A DNA stretch of 64,000 bases from the human T2T-CHM13v2.0 reference genome, Homo sapiens. Numbering within the stretch: the first letter of the stretch is position 1; each line of letters opens with the position of its first letter. The translations under genes were made by a program, and so were the position numbers. The stretch lies in the NCBI RefSeq assembly GCF_009914755.1, contig NC_060930.1. One strand, written 5' to 3'. This document shows, piece after piece, positions 34,563 through 47,716 of the stretch. Under the pieces are notes generated by a model. It saw only the letters and a program-made list of their open reading frames with translations, was not told the DNA's origin and searched no databases.

Positions 34563-34696
34563 GTCTACTCTTTGCCAGCTTCCCATCAATATGTAACTCT
34601 TTTGATTGTACTTGTCTTCTGAATAAAGACAATAACAAAATCGTGCTTTGGCCTAACCTGATGAAAATATTCCCCATGCAACATCAAAACATGAGG

Positions 34697-35032
34697 ACTC
34701 TGCAACTGACAATGTCTGTGTCACCCCAAAATTTATATGTTGAAATCCTAACTCTCAGTGCGATGATATTAGAAGGTCATGGGGATGAAGGCCTTGTGAA
34801 TGGAATTAGTGTCTATATGAAAGAGACTCCAGAGGCTTTCTTGCCCTCTCTCCACCATGTGAGGATACAAGAAGTCAGCAGTCTGCAATCCAGAAGACAG
34901 CCCTCACCAGACCCCAACCAGGCTGGCACCCTGATCTCATAAATCTAGACTCCCACACTGTGAGAAATAAATTTCTGTTTTTCTCATAAGCCACCCAGTT
35001 ATGTTACATTGTTGTGGCAGTCTGAACTAAGA
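34697..35032 (+). mobile_element. MLT1A-like LTR
   Basis: ccccaaaatttatatgttgaaatcctaac...gctggcaccctgatct...tgtgagaaataaatt. Confidence 0.85.
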
Positions 35033-35039
35033 AAGACTC

Positions 35040-35560
35040 TTTTTCCCAAAAGAGGAGGCCAAGTCCCTTTTTCCACCTTTGTGTGATATTCATTTCTCTT
35101 CTAGCTATGCCACACTCTCCCTTTAGCATCCTATAATTTAACACTGAGGTATAAGATTAATACTATTAATACATTATTTTAGAAGGTACAGGAATGGTAG
35201 CAGGGAAGAAAATAATTTAAATAAGGAAGAAACACTTTACATTATTATAGTTCTTGTTTTTGCAACTGGTCACATGATTGCAATTGGTATTTATAACTAC
35301 CTCCTTTCAGTACCCATTCCCTATTCCCTTCACCCTCAGCAAGGACCTCTGATGGTCATGGTGGGGTGACTCAAACCGTCATTCATAAAGGGTGTGGGCC
35401 ATTAGCTTTCCTGTATTGTGTTAATGTAGCTTTCCATTGATTTAATCACAGGACAAGGGAATGCTAGGAGACACCACTAGAGAATCTTTTGTATTCCAGA
35501 CATACTCCTCCTTGCCCCTATCATGTAGTAGCGTTCCTCACTCCAGCCAATTCAGTAATC
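35040..35560 (-). mobile_element. ERVL internal (3' pol-region) remnant
   Basis: gcaactggtcacatg...ggggtgactcaaacc...gtattccagacatactcctcc. Confidence 0.55.
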
Positions 35561-35783
35561 CAAAACCCTAAGATTAATTTGTGTTCTCTGAATTAATTAC
35601 ATAGAGATGCTAGCAAGAACAGTACTGGCCAATCGTTGTGGGTGGAAGCATCAAATGAGTATAGGCAAAGGAAATGAAAAGAGTGGATATAGAAAACATT
35701 TTTTAAAAGTTTGATGGGAAGTGGTAGAACTTGGCTTGTATAATATCACCCAGTAGGTTACTCATTAATTTCAAAGAGTGAAA

Positions 35784-35846
35784 TAACATCCTTTGGCCAC
35801 TCATCTCTTTCCAGCCAGAAAAGAGATGAGTGGCCAAAGGATGTTA
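35784..35846. repeat. Perfect 27-bp inverted repeat, 9-nt loop
   Basis: taacatcctttggccactcatctcttt (35784-35810) / aaagagatgagtggccaaaggatgtta (35820-35846). Confidence 0.97.
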
Positions 35847-35899
35847 GAGTGTGTCTTTGTGTGTCTGTGTAGAAGTTTCTAAATGAGAACTGTTTCTTC

Positions 35900-36775
35900 T
35901 CCCAGTTGAGTAAGTGGTAAAACCATGCACCCACCTACTCAAACCAAAAGCTTAGGTATACTTCACATGTACTACCTTTCTTTGAGCTCCATATCCAGTC
36001 TGCCAGTGAGTCCTGATGTCTGTCCCTGCAAAATATATCCAAATACAATTACATCTTGCCACTTCCATTGACCATCTCAGTTGACAACATTTTTCACCTG
36101 ACCACTGCAATAAGCCTCCTAGCTTGTCCCTTTGCTTCCATTCTTGCTGCATTTCCCCCTCTCCTACTCCAACGCCCAACCTTTTTTCCACACAGCAGTC
36201 AGAGTGATCTTTTAGAAGAGGAATCAGAGCATGTCTCTACTGCAGTAAGCCTCCTAGTAATTTTTCCTCCATTTACCTACCATGGCCTACGGGACATTCC
36301 TTGATCTGGCCCCAGCACCAACCTCATTTTCTACCTTTATGCTCCAGCTCAGGTGTCCCTTACTCTGATCCTTGAACATATCAAACTTACTCCCCTCTCT
36401 CAGTCTTTTTTGCATTTGCCCTTTGCTTTGCCTGGAATGCTTTGCCTCTGCTGGATCCTTGCGTGGCTGGCTCTACCGTTCTCACCTAGTCTCTGCTCAA
36501 ATGGCCCCTCTATAGAGATGGGCCCTCCCACCTCCCCATTCAATTGACCCATCATGTTTTATTTCCTTTATAGCCCATATCAGCATCTAAAATTATCTTG
36601 TATATATACATAGCATAGTATTTGTTTATTTTCGTCCTCCCTTTCGGTGTGTAATAAACTTCCTGAAACCTAAGACCTTTTCTGTCTTTTTTTATGTTCT
36701 ATCTCTAAATTAAGAAGAGTGGCTGGCACATAATAGGTGCTCAGCAAATATTTGTTGAAAACAAATGAATGAATA
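35900..36775 (+). mobile_element. L2a 3' region
   Basis: ccacacagcagtcagagtgatctttt...tggcacataataggtgctcagcaaatatttgttgaa...tgaatgaat. Confidence 0.85.
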
Positions 36776-36831
36776 ATTCCCAAAGGTAAAAAGAGAGATA
36801 ACACAAGAGATAGAATAATTTACATGTTAAA

Positions 36832-37280
36832 TTGTGCAGTTATTCTCCCCCAGATGCAACGTCCACCCCTCCTGGCATTGCTCTGTCTTAGGAAGCTGAG
36901 CCCTGTAGACTTCAACATTCCAGTTCCTTCCTAGTTGGTTTCTGGTTGGGTTGAGTAAGTAGCGGGAACTGGCAAGAAGATTGAAGAATGGGAGAGAGGA
37001 CAGTATTTCTTCTCCATTTCCTGTTTGCTTCAAGACCACTTCCTCACAAAGACTGAACTTCCCTGAAATGATAGTCTCTCCCTCCTCTTCCCCAAGACTG
37101 CAATTCTCCAAGTTCCAGTAACAGCATTACTACTGCTCATCCCTTCAGTTCTAGGGGTGGTAATTCCTGATACTGCTAGTTCCTGGGTGCTCTAACATTT
37201 TTCTTAGGCCTCTTAACTGTGACCAAACCTCCATAAGTAGCCTCTTATTGAAAGTCTCTCTATTGGAACCATTTGGAATA
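36832..37280 (+). mobile_element. LTR33-family (ERVL) LTR
   Basis: ccagtaacag...cccttcagttctaggggtggtaa... Confidence 0.6.
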
Positions 37281-37760
37281 TGTAGGTTGTCTTCTGCCTG
37301 CCCTTCAAGATCCACTTTCCACCTTTCTCCACCATATTTTGTGTACCAGGAAGCTAAACCATCTAGACTTGACCAATGAAGTCCATTAGCCGAAGTCTTT
37401 CAGTAGAGTTCAGCTAAAAAGAAATACCAGCAGGAAATTAGAGGGTGAAAGAAACATCAAGTCAGGGTATTCATTCTCCCTCTTCAGTTGTCAGTTGTCT
37501 CAAACTGAATGCCTTTATCCCATTTCTTAGCTCCTGTCAGGAAGTTCATTCTTATACCCAGTCTGTACTTTTGACTCTTGTCACTTCAGATCTTGAGGTA
37601 TTGAAAGCTCTCTGCTGCTCCAGGTTACAGGGTGTTGTTCCATCACGTGTTGCTTTTCCCAAACCTTGTGCACATCTTTGCATATAGTCCCTTTATTAAA
37701 CTCTCCAAATTACTCAATTTGATTGTGCCACGTGTTACCTTCCAGGACCCTGACTGGCAA
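37281..37760 (+). mobile_element. Second LTR33-family LTR
   Basis: tgtagg...agatccactttccacc...ccctttattaaactctcc...ccaggaccctgact. Confidence 0.6.
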
Positions 37761-38124
37761 ATGCAGTGAGGCTCAACCATTGCCATATCAGATGATGCCT
37801 CTCCAGTGAGCTGTCAGTGCATATTAGTTTATTTCAATGCAAAGGATTGTGCTTGTTATTCCAATACTTTCCTCTCTCACTAAGCAATCGTGACTTAATC
37901 AAACTTGGACAACACATACTTGTGAAAAGAACGGGAGATGGGGCAGCTCCGCCTTACATGAGATTCTCCGAATGCAGGTTTTTGTCCTTCAGGATCCACT
38001 GAACTTTCTGAGCATCACATTGGGCTACCTGTTTGTGCTCTATCTGCTCTGCTGTGCTAAAGGGAAGGGTTGTATAGACTATGGGTCAGTATTGGAGCCA
38101 TCTCTTGTTATGCTGAGAATTCTT

Positions 38125-38267
38125 TTTTTCCCTTTTTTCAAATTTATTTTTATTGAAATAAAATGTACATATATAATTTACCAGCTTTACCATTTTTAAG
38201 TGTACAGTTCAGTGATAATAAATACATTTATACTATTTTTCCTCCTTCATCCTTCCCTTCCCCTGAG
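38125..38267 (-). mobile_element. Short L1-type 3' end insertion
   Basis: Poly-T, ccatttttaagtgtacagttcagtg; perfect 14-bp TSD tgctgagaattctt (38111-38124 / 38268-38281). Confidence 0.75.
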
Positions 38268-38811
38268 TGCTGAGAATTCTTAATCTCAGTCTACAACTAC
38301 TTGAAGTTCACACTTCAGGCAGTTATCAATTTGAAAATGAGGCCATGCTGTGTAATGGTGAGATCATGGCAGTCAGATATACCTGGATCTAAGTCCTGAC
38401 TGTCTCATTTGCCATGGATGTGCTAACAATGGCCACACACCAACACTAACACTCTCTCTGCTAAAACAGAAGGATGTCCACGCTGTGACAGGCAGATCAC
38501 AGTTACCTTATATTCAGAAATGACCTCTCATTTTTTGGGTCTCTTTGTGCTGCATCTGTTCTGCTGTGGTGATGGGAGGGGTTTTACAGGCCAGGCTGAA
38601 TTTTGAGGGGGAAGAAGACACCTTCCAGGTAGAATACTCCTTGGAAGTGTTCCCTCCTATTGACAGAAATCACTGTTGCTGTGTTACTTCCTGTATTTCA
38701 CTGTGGAACCACATCCTCTGCCCGAAGCAATCCAAGTTGCTGCTGATTAGCATTCATACATATAATTCAAGGACTGTATTTAGACACACAAACTCAGGGT
38801 GTAAAAGAATG

Positions 38812-39176
38812 TGTATTAGTCTGTTTTCACACTGCTATAAAGAACTACCTGAGACTGGGTAATTTATAAAGAAAAGAGGTTTAACTGACTCACAGTTCTG
38901 CATGGCTGGGAGGCCTCAGGAAACTTAGAATCATGAGAGAAGGTGAATGGAAAGCAAGGCATGTCTTATATGGTGGCAGGAGAGGGAGACAGCGATGGAG
39001 GAAGTGCTATATTTTTAAACAATCAGATCTTGTGAGAACTCACTCACTATCACAAGAAGAGCATGGGAGAAACCGCCTCCATGATCCAATCACCTCCCAC
39101 TAGGTCCCTTCCCTGACACATGGGGATTATAATTTGAGATGAGATTTGGGTGGGCACACAGAGCCAAACAATATCA
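38812..39176 (-). mobile_element. THE1D/MSTA-type solo LTR
   Basis: TG...CA termini; TSD gaatg / gaagg. Confidence 0.9.
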
Positions 39177-39446
39177 GAAGGCATGCCACATATGTGACTT
39201 TTTAATGTAACTTTTCCACATTAAAAAAAAAACACGCAAGGTCACCGATACACAGGCTCTGGGTGGCCTTCCAGAACAGAGCCCACGTAGCTTAATCAGG
39301 CCATAGCTAAATGAATGCATGATGAGCAAGTGGAGTTTGTGTGGCCTGTTTCAGTTCTTCTGAACTCTGACCCTATTTGTATCAACTGAAGATTCGAAAA
39401 CAGTGTCTTTCTCTTCAATTAGCTTTAGGCATAACCGGAAGTTGGT

Positions 39447-39905
39447 GTGTATCAGTTAGAATTTGATCGCATGCAAAAAGGAAAATATTCTCATGGTAGC
39501 TTTCGCATAGAAGAACTCAGATTTCTCACCTAACAAGAAGACTTGTCCAGGAAGGTGCAGCTACTTGATGAGCCAGGCAGGGACCCAGACTCACACTTTT
39601 TGTCCTGCCAAGCTTACCTTGTAACGTTCATAAGCACAATTATAACATGACTGCTATAGACCAAGTAAATATCTGCATTCCTGACAGGAGGAAGGGGAAA
39701 GGGGCAGAAAGCCAAAAGGGCTGAGTTTCCCCAGAGATTTCTGATTACATTCATTGGTCAGAACTGGGTTCCATGGCCAGCCCTAGCTGCAAGGGACTCT
39801 GGGAAGATATTTTTAACAGAGTCCCTAACTATCATGACAAAATTGGGGTTCTGTTACTACAGAAGAAAAGAAGAGCTTGGGAAGGCAACTAGCAGTGTCT
39901 GATCT
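39447..39905 (-). mobile_element. MLT1 (K-like) LTR
   Basis: tcattggtcagaactggg...cctagctgcaagggactctgggaa...aaaattggggttctgtta. Confidence 0.7.
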
Positions 39906-40123
39906 GTGCTAAAAATTTAATTTTTCTTTTCTTGCTCTCAATTATATATTTTCTTCCTTCTTCTGATGCAGTTCACTCTCTGTCCCTAGAAGCACTTTTT
40001 ACATACCCGTCCCAGAAAGAAGAGTTTACTCTCAGTTGCAGTAGTAGATGTAGAGTATTTGTGAGTTGAAAGTGAAGTTGGGATTGGGGTGGACCCTCAA
40101 TTATAACCTCAATCAAGGTAGTT

Positions 40124-40564
40124 TTACATAGGCATATTTTGCCCCTCAAAAATCAGACTTTCCTGGATGGGTACAGTGGCTTAAGCCTGGAATCCCAACA
40201 CTTTGGGAGGCTGAGGTCGGTGGATCACTTGAGGCCAGGTATTCAAGACCAGCCTGGCCAATATGGTGAAACCCTGTCTCTACTAAAAAGATGAAAATTA
40301 GCCGTGTGTGGTGGTGGGCACCTGTAATCCTAGCTACCTGGGAGGCTGAGGCAAGAGAATCGCTTGATCCAGGGAGGCAGAGGTTGAATTGAACCAAGAT
40401 TGTACCACTGTACTCCAGCCTGAGCAACAGAGCAAGACTTCACCTCAAAAAAAAAAAAAAAAATCAGGCTTTCTTGTAGGATTATGAGTTCTGCTTCAAA
40501 ATAAGATTTTTGTAATATAGCTGAAGAAGGAGAACACAAAAGCTCTTAGGGTTGGAGAGAAATT
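40124..40564. repeat. Inverted duplicate of 41823-42220 (Alu plus unique flanks)
   Basis: Unique flanks match in reverse complement; bounded by a perfect 26-bp direct repeat (40099-40124 / 40561-40586). Confidence 0.93.
40165..40462 (+). mobile_element. AluS within the duplicated segment
   Basis: TSD aaaaatcagactttcct / aaaaatcaggctttctt. Confidence 0.95.
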
Positions 40565-40761
40565 ATAACCTCAATCAAGGTAGTTTATTCCTTTTCACAA
40601 TTTATTTTCATTTCTTCTCCCTTGCCAAGTTTATTACATTATCCTTATTGTCATTATAAAGTTAGAAAAATTTTTAGAAAACATTTGGGAAATAGAGAAA
40701 AGAATAGTCACTAATAGTTTTACTATTCCAATACTTCCACTATTATTGTACTTAATATTTC

Positions 40762-41061
40762 TTTTTTTTTTTTTTTTTGAGATGGAGTTTCACTCTTGTT
40801 ACCCAGGCTGGAGTGCAATAGCACGATCTTGGCTCACTGCAACCTCCGCTCCCAGGTTCAAGCGATTCTCCTGCCTCAGCCTCCTGAGTAGCTGGGATCA
40901 CAGGCTTGCGCCATCATGCCTGGCTAATTTTTTGTATTTTTAGTAGAGATGGGGTTTCACCATGTTGGCCAGGCTGGTCGCGAACTCCTCACCTAAGGTG
41001 ATCCACCTGCCTCAGCTTCCCAAAGTGCTGGGATTACAGGCATGTGCCACTGCGCCTGGCC
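40762..41061 (-). mobile_element. AluS (Sq/Sx-like)
   Basis: TSD tgtacttaatatttctt / tgtacttgtatatttctt. Confidence 0.95.
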
Positions 41062-41200
41062 TGTACTTGTATATTTCTTGTTGTTAAATCATAATATTCA
41101 TTGAATTTCACATCCCTGTTTTACAATTAGCATATCATAAGCATTATTGTTATTAGAATTTATATCACAAATGTTATATATGGGTGAGTGTGTGTGTGTA

Positions 41201-41512
41201 TAGTCATGCACTGCAAAATGATGTTTTAGTCAATGACTGCATATACAATGGTGGTCTCATAAGATTATAACACTGTATTTTTATTGTATGTTTTCTATGT
41301 TGACATACACAAATACTTACCAATGTGTTACAGTTGCCTATAGTATTTAGTACAGTAACATGATGCACTGGTTTGTTGCCTAGGGGCATAGGCTATACCG
41401 GATAGCCTACATGTGTAGTAGGCTACACTATTTAGGTTTGTGTGAGTATACTCTATGATGGTCACACAATGGCAAAATTACCTAACAACACATTTCTGAG
41501 AACGTGACTATG
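41201..41512. mobile_element. Tigger3a-like DNA transposon
   Basis: agtcatgcactgca...ggtggtctcataagattataa...acatttctgagaac. Confidence 0.85.
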
Positions 41513-41574
41513 TATAGTAAAACTAATAAATTCTTATAGGAATGTTGATATTCAAAAAGATCAAAATATTAGCC

Positions 41575-41750
41575 ACCACTTAATGAGCATTTAATATCAG
41601 GCATGGTATTAAGCACATTCTCAAATCCATTAACTCATTTATTTCTTACAACACCCTATGATCAAGATATTATTATCATCCCTATGAACAGGTAAGGAAA
41701 CTGGAGCTCAGAGATGGTTAAATGCCCTTTCTAAAATCCCACAGCTAGTG
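41575..41750 (-). mobile_element. MIR
   Basis: acaacaccctatga...gaaactggagctcagagatggttaa. Confidence 0.75.
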
Positions 41751-41921
41751 TTCATTTCATTTTTAAAAATAATAATATGTATAATAATGATATATAATTC
41801 TGGTAATAGAGCATTAATGCAAAATTTCACTCCAACCCTAAGAGCTTTGTGTTTTCCTGCTTCAACTTTATTACAGAAATCTTATTTTGAAGCAGAACTC
41901 ATAATCCTAAGAAAGCCTGAA

Positions 41922-42195
<274 letters not shown>

Positions 42196-42809
42196 TGAGG
42201 AGCAAAATGTGCCCATGTAATGACATGTAAAGTGAAGATTTGAAAATGATCCTATCAAGTTAATGAATTATATCTGTTTTATTCAACTGGGCCCTCTATT
42301 CTAATCAAATTACTATTTGACTCTGCTGCATACACAAGCTTTTTAAAAAAAAATTTGACAATTCTCTGCACTCAGCTTAATCATGTCACTTTCCTGTGAT
42401 CTTTTGTGTTATTTATTAAAACAAATGATTATCCATATCAAAGTGTAGTTTTTCCATTTTCCTCTCAGTCATGACATAGATATATTTGGAATAGGGACGT
42501 GCTGCTGTCCTATCACTCTTCCTAAAAGGCAGAGTTGGGAAAGTGAGAAAAGCCCACAGTGTTACTTAGGATATTCCTAGATATCTTATTGCCATAAAGC
42601 AGCAAACTACTAGGTGATTATCAAGCGAAATGATGAGTACATTGATTTAATATTTTTCTTAACCTTTTTGTTGCAACAAGAGAGCTCATCGAAGAAGATA
42701 CTTTAATGTTCCCATTCAAAATGATTAAGCCAGAAAGGATTTAGGGCACTCTAGGCCTGTTATTTAACTAGAACAATGAAAGTAAATATATGTCTTCGAA
42801 ACATTTATT

Positions 42810-43570
42810 TAGTTTTTGTTTTAATAAGTAATATTCAAATGATTTATTTAAAACTTTTTAAAAAACTTGAACAAAGTAAACACTGAGAAGGCTCCGTCCT
42901 ACCTTGCACTATCTATCTCATTCCTACTCCCCCTATGAATAACTGCTTGTATTAATTGTTCATATTGCTTCCTCCACTTCTTGTATAAAATGTAGATTAT
43001 CATCACTTTACTCCACACCTTGAGTTTTATCTTTAACAATATTTCCCCGAGATTTTTCCTTATCAGGACATCTTATGCTTCCTCATTGTTTTTTCACAGC
43101 TACCTAATATTCCATTGTGTGCATGTACCATAATTTAATTAACCACTCTGCTGATAGACACTTGGGTTGTTTCTAATCTTCTGCCTTCACAAACAATGCC
43201 ATCATGAATAACCTTAGACATAAATCATTTTGATGTGTGCAGATGTGTCAGTAAGATGCATTCCCAGAAGTGAGACTGCTGGGTCAAAGGGTAAATACAT
43301 TTGTAACTATTAAAAATATTGCCAAAATGTCCTTTATGGGGTTGTGCCATTGGGTTCTGCCACTAGCAATGTATGAGAGTACCTATTACCCCATAGCCTC
43401 AGAAACAGAATTTTGTTCAACTTATTCACTGTTGCCAATCTGATAAGTAAAAAACTGGTGTTGGTTAGTGAATCTGGCTTTAATTCACAGAGAGATAACA
43501 TGCAATTTCGAGTAATGTGAAAGACTTTTTGTGGTTGTGATTTTTGTTTTTCATACGATCTGTGTCTGCC
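42810..43570 (-). mobile_element. Old L1ME-like 3' region
   Basis: tattccattgtgtgcatgtaccataattt, agacacttgggttgtttc, ctgggtcaaagggta. Confidence 0.75.
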
Positions 43571-46385
43571 ACACACTATCCTGAAGTCCTGTGTCACAAA
43601 ATCACTGCTATAAGTGGAACTGTGTCAATGAGGGCTTCCAGGACTTATATATCATGCCTTTTGACATAAGGCAATAGGTATGGTGTCAGGAGCCCTTGTA
43701 TTCAAGCCAAGAGAAAAATGAAGCATCAAGGAGTCAAGTCCTAGACCTTCCTGTAACTGATTATGTCCTTTGAGCCAGTCATTGAATCACTAAAGGTTCA
43801 ATATCCTTATGCGGTGAAAGTATCAGGAAGCAGAATAATGAAAAATGAGATAAAGTTTTAACGACTCTTGCTGAGGAAGGAGAAGGATAGGAGAAAACAC
43901 CAATTTAAGGCAGCAAAATTGTGCCTTACTGATACCATCAATTGGAAATATTGGACTTGTGATGATCTGGGTAGAATAAAATAGTTATACTCTGGAGTCT
44001 ATTTTGTTCCAACATGTTGAGATGTTCATATGGACCCGACATGGTGAAATGTTCAGATGGACCTTTGGGATACTAAATTCTGGTTACAATGGGGCCAAGC
44101 CAATACTGAATTTAAAAGGGACTGGTGTTTGTAAATACTTTGACTCAAAATCTATGATTGGATACAGATTAAATTTATTATGTTTTAGAGATCGTGCATA
44201 TCTTATGACCATAATTTTAATTAAATTTAAATTTCAAGCTAGTCTGCTTAAAATTGTACATTAGATTTCGGGCCATTGATATTTATTAAATAACTATCCC
44301 CTGGATGCTAAATATTTAACTAATAATATGTAATAGACACATTTTCGAAACATTTAGCTGAATGTATAGTACAATCCTGTTTCATCTGAAACCTTGTGTG
44401 TTTACTGGTAGATATTTGTATAGAATAATATTGGAGAGACTATACATTAAAAGTGGATAGTCTTTCAAACAATTCCATCTAAGTTGTAGAATTTCAAGTA
44501 ACTTTAATTTTTTGCTTGCTTATATGAATTTCTATAATTTTCCAGAAAGAATATTTATTATCTTTGACAAATAATTTTGTAAAATCACGGAAAAATATTT
44601 TGAGGTTAAAGATGGGACTGGAGGGAGACTTTCATTGCCAAAAGTTCAGTTCAAAGAATTCTCGTATCTAGTCAATGCTGTTCAACCAACCAGAAGCATT
44701 TTAAAAGAGGTAGGGTAACAATTTGCTAGGTGCTTTTTTCTATATTAGTGATCTCTCTCAACACTCTCTGTAGTGTCATTTCTTCCTTTTTTACATTTTT
44801 TATTTGAAGACAAAATAGAAGAAATCATAGAGCTTGAAGGTGAAAAGCCTTTCAAAATATCTATTTGGTATGTAAACATAATTTTTCAACCACTTTGTTT
44901 TATGCCTCTCATGATTTCCAACAGATATAATAGGTCTTAGTTCCATTTTCTATTGTATTATAATGGTTATTTTCACAGGACGCTGTTCACAGTATCTTCT
45001 TAACTGGTCTCTGGGCAATGCATCTGACAAAAAGCCAGATTAGTATGTTCCTAAAACACCACTTTCATTATGTAACTTTCCTGCTCAAAAATCTCCAATA
45101 GTTTCTCTCATTTATTGTCATGATTTTCGAGCTTTTAGACAGTAGAACATTTTCTTGCCCTAAAGAATACTTATGTGGAATCCCTATGAATAAAACAGAT
45201 GACAGTAGTGTTTTATTAGAACTTATGATAAAGTCCATCAATAAAAATCATGAGGCTATTTTGATACACACAGAAAGACAATCGAGTGTTATGGTTGAAA
45301 CTGAAAGTCTTCAGCATTCAAATATATTTCCATATTTTATTCTGGTTACATAGAACTGAAAAACATCTCCATTTATAAAAAATAAGCAGATGATGTTAAT
45401 AAAAGGTTTTTTAATAGCTAAGCTTTAAATCACAATGAATCAAAAATTACATAAAAAGTTTACCCCAATGTTTGCAACAAAAGTTAATGTGTTGGTAGAA
45501 GTCACTGTGTTAAAAAGTGATAGATTACACATTTGAGTGTGGGTGCTGATTTGCTTCTCTGTTTGTATCCTTGTTTCTTTTAACTATAGAACTTAATATT
45601 CACGAATATATTTTTAAAATATTTAAGATCAGGTTGATTTTAAAAAGCTTTTTAGTTCATGGAAAGATTTTCAGCAAATGAGAGTCAGTTGGTTCTTTGC
45701 AGCTTTAAACTAGACGTTCTTTTTTTCTCAATCCTATGTACACTGTCAAACATCTTTTTCTATAAAAAGACCAGTTTTGTCTGCCGAGGTGGAAAACATT
45801 CTTCCTTGTTGATCTCTGCAAGTGTAGGGAATTGTTTTTTTGGTATTCACACTCTTCTCACTTTGATATTGTGCGGATCACTGAGGCCTTGAACCTATGG
45901 AAATACATCTTTCGCCAAAAGTTCCAAGACCATCCATTTACTGAGGACTTGGCCTTCGAGTCCTCAAACTCTGAAAATTATCTCCTAAATAAACATCAGG
46001 ATCTAAGCCGTACAAGCCTCTGAGATTGCTCCTTTGGCCTTACATGTGTGTTTTCATTGTGTTATTTTTATATTTTTCCTGATGATTATTGTCCGTTTCA
46101 TTTTTTCATGATTCACTTTTAGTTTCTCAGAATCTATTCTTCTAATGATTTAACCCATGCACTCAAATAAAAAGCACAGTCTCATACCATTTTCACTTTT
46201 TGAATTATCTTTACTTTTTGTCATAATTGTACTCTGCCTTTTATTACTTAACACTTTTAAACATTCTTTTTTTATACTTATCACTCTCGATAGGGTAAGT
46301 ACTGTTTGAAAACACTTTAAAACTAAGCACACATTCAGCAAACACAGTCACTTCTCAAGTACAGTAGCCAAGAATAAAATGAACA

Positions 46386-46663
46386 GGCCAGGTGTGGTGG
46401 CTAGTGCCTGTAATCTAGCGCTTTGGGAGGACGAGGAGGGAGGATCACTCCAGGCCAGGAGTTCAAGACCAGCCTGGGCAACACAGGGAGACCGTGGCAA
46501 AAAATATTTAAAAACTAGCCAGGCATGGTGGCATGTGCCTGAAGTCCCAGCTACTTGGGAGGGTGAGGTGGAAAGACACTTAAGCCCCAGTATTTCAAGG
46601 CTGCAGTGAGCTATGATCATGCCACTGCACTCCAGCCTGGGTGTCAGTGCCAGACCCTGTCTC

Positions 46664-46702
<39 letters not shown>
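46386..46702 (+). mobile_element. AluJ with (AAAT)n tail
   Basis: Dimeric Alu. Confidence 0.92.
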
Positions 46703-46927
46703 ATGGCACAATTGTGGATACCATCTGTGGGTGGCAGGCAGAATCGACTCTCTACTGCCCCAGAGGCTAGCTCTGTTGTTAGTCTATGGCAGTGTGTAAG
46801 TTGCAGGTTTGTAAGCTGATTTTTCTAAGGAGTTTCTATAGTTAAGTGTACTTTTAAAAGACAATTTAAATTTTTTAAGAAAAGCAATTAAAATCAAGCA
46901 TTAGCAGAACATAACTACGTGTTTAAC

Positions 46928-47150
46928 AAGGGTTACCAAATTTATCTTATAAAGGACCAGATAGTAAATATTTTATTCTGTACAAGTCACACAGTCTCCA
47001 GTGAGATTGCTTAACTCTGTGACTGTAACACAAATACAGCCATAGACAATATGTAAGCAAATAGGCATGACTATGTTCCAACAAAACTTTATTTACAAAA
47101 ACAGGGAGTGGGCTAGATTTGGCCCACAGGCTATAGTCTGCTGACCCCGG
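46928..47150. mobile_element. MER58A (hAT-Charlie)
   Basis: taaaggaccagatagtaaatatttt...aaaactttatttacaaaaacag...gctgacccc. Confidence 0.85.
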
Positions 47151-47716
47151 GATAGAGTATAAACAATTCTTGTTTGTCTTACCCAGTGTACATAAATAAA
47201 TAAATAATCATTATGGTAGATTAAATATAGCTGCAAATTCTTTCCTACTTCTTCCACTGAGAGGTGGAGTCTAAGTTCCCTTTCCCTGAATCAGAGTTGT
47301 CCTTTGTGACTTCCTTGACCAGCAGAATGCTGTGTAAATATCATTCTGGGACTTCTGAGGCTAGATAAGAAGTCTCATAGCTTCCTCTCGGGCCTCTTGG
47401 AATGCTTGCTTTAGAGAAGCCTCCACCATCTAACAAGGCCAACAACCCTCAGGCTGTCGTGTAGTTAAGAAGTACAAGTCACGTGGCAAGGCCCTGGAGG
47501 ATGAAATATCCTATGGAGAGAGAGAGAGGCAAAGAACATCAAGGTGCCAGAGATGCGAATGAGGAAGCCATCTTGGACGGGATCCCAGGTTGAGCTTCTG
47601 CCGCTGGTGCCCAAGTAGTATGGAGACAAACCACCCCCACCTCACTGTGTCTGAATTCCTAACTGACCCAAATAAATGCTGCTATGGTTGTTTTAAGCCA
47701 TTAGCTTTTAAGGTGT

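Noticed and set aside
34364-34942. Longest ORF (192 aa)
   Set aside because: Crosses an antisense ERVL LTR, internal sequence and an MLT1A LTR; chance chimeric frame
40099-40586. 26-bp direct repeats as a CRISPR array or new transposon termini
   Set aside because: Only two copies, eukaryotic context, and the insert is a local inverted copy with no TIRs
41388-41410. taggctat/atagccta hairpin
   Set aside because: Appears to be an intrinsic part of the Tigger3 consensus
45943-45966. tgaggact/agtcctca stem-loop
   Set aside because: An 8-bp stem is expected by chance; no RNA-gene context
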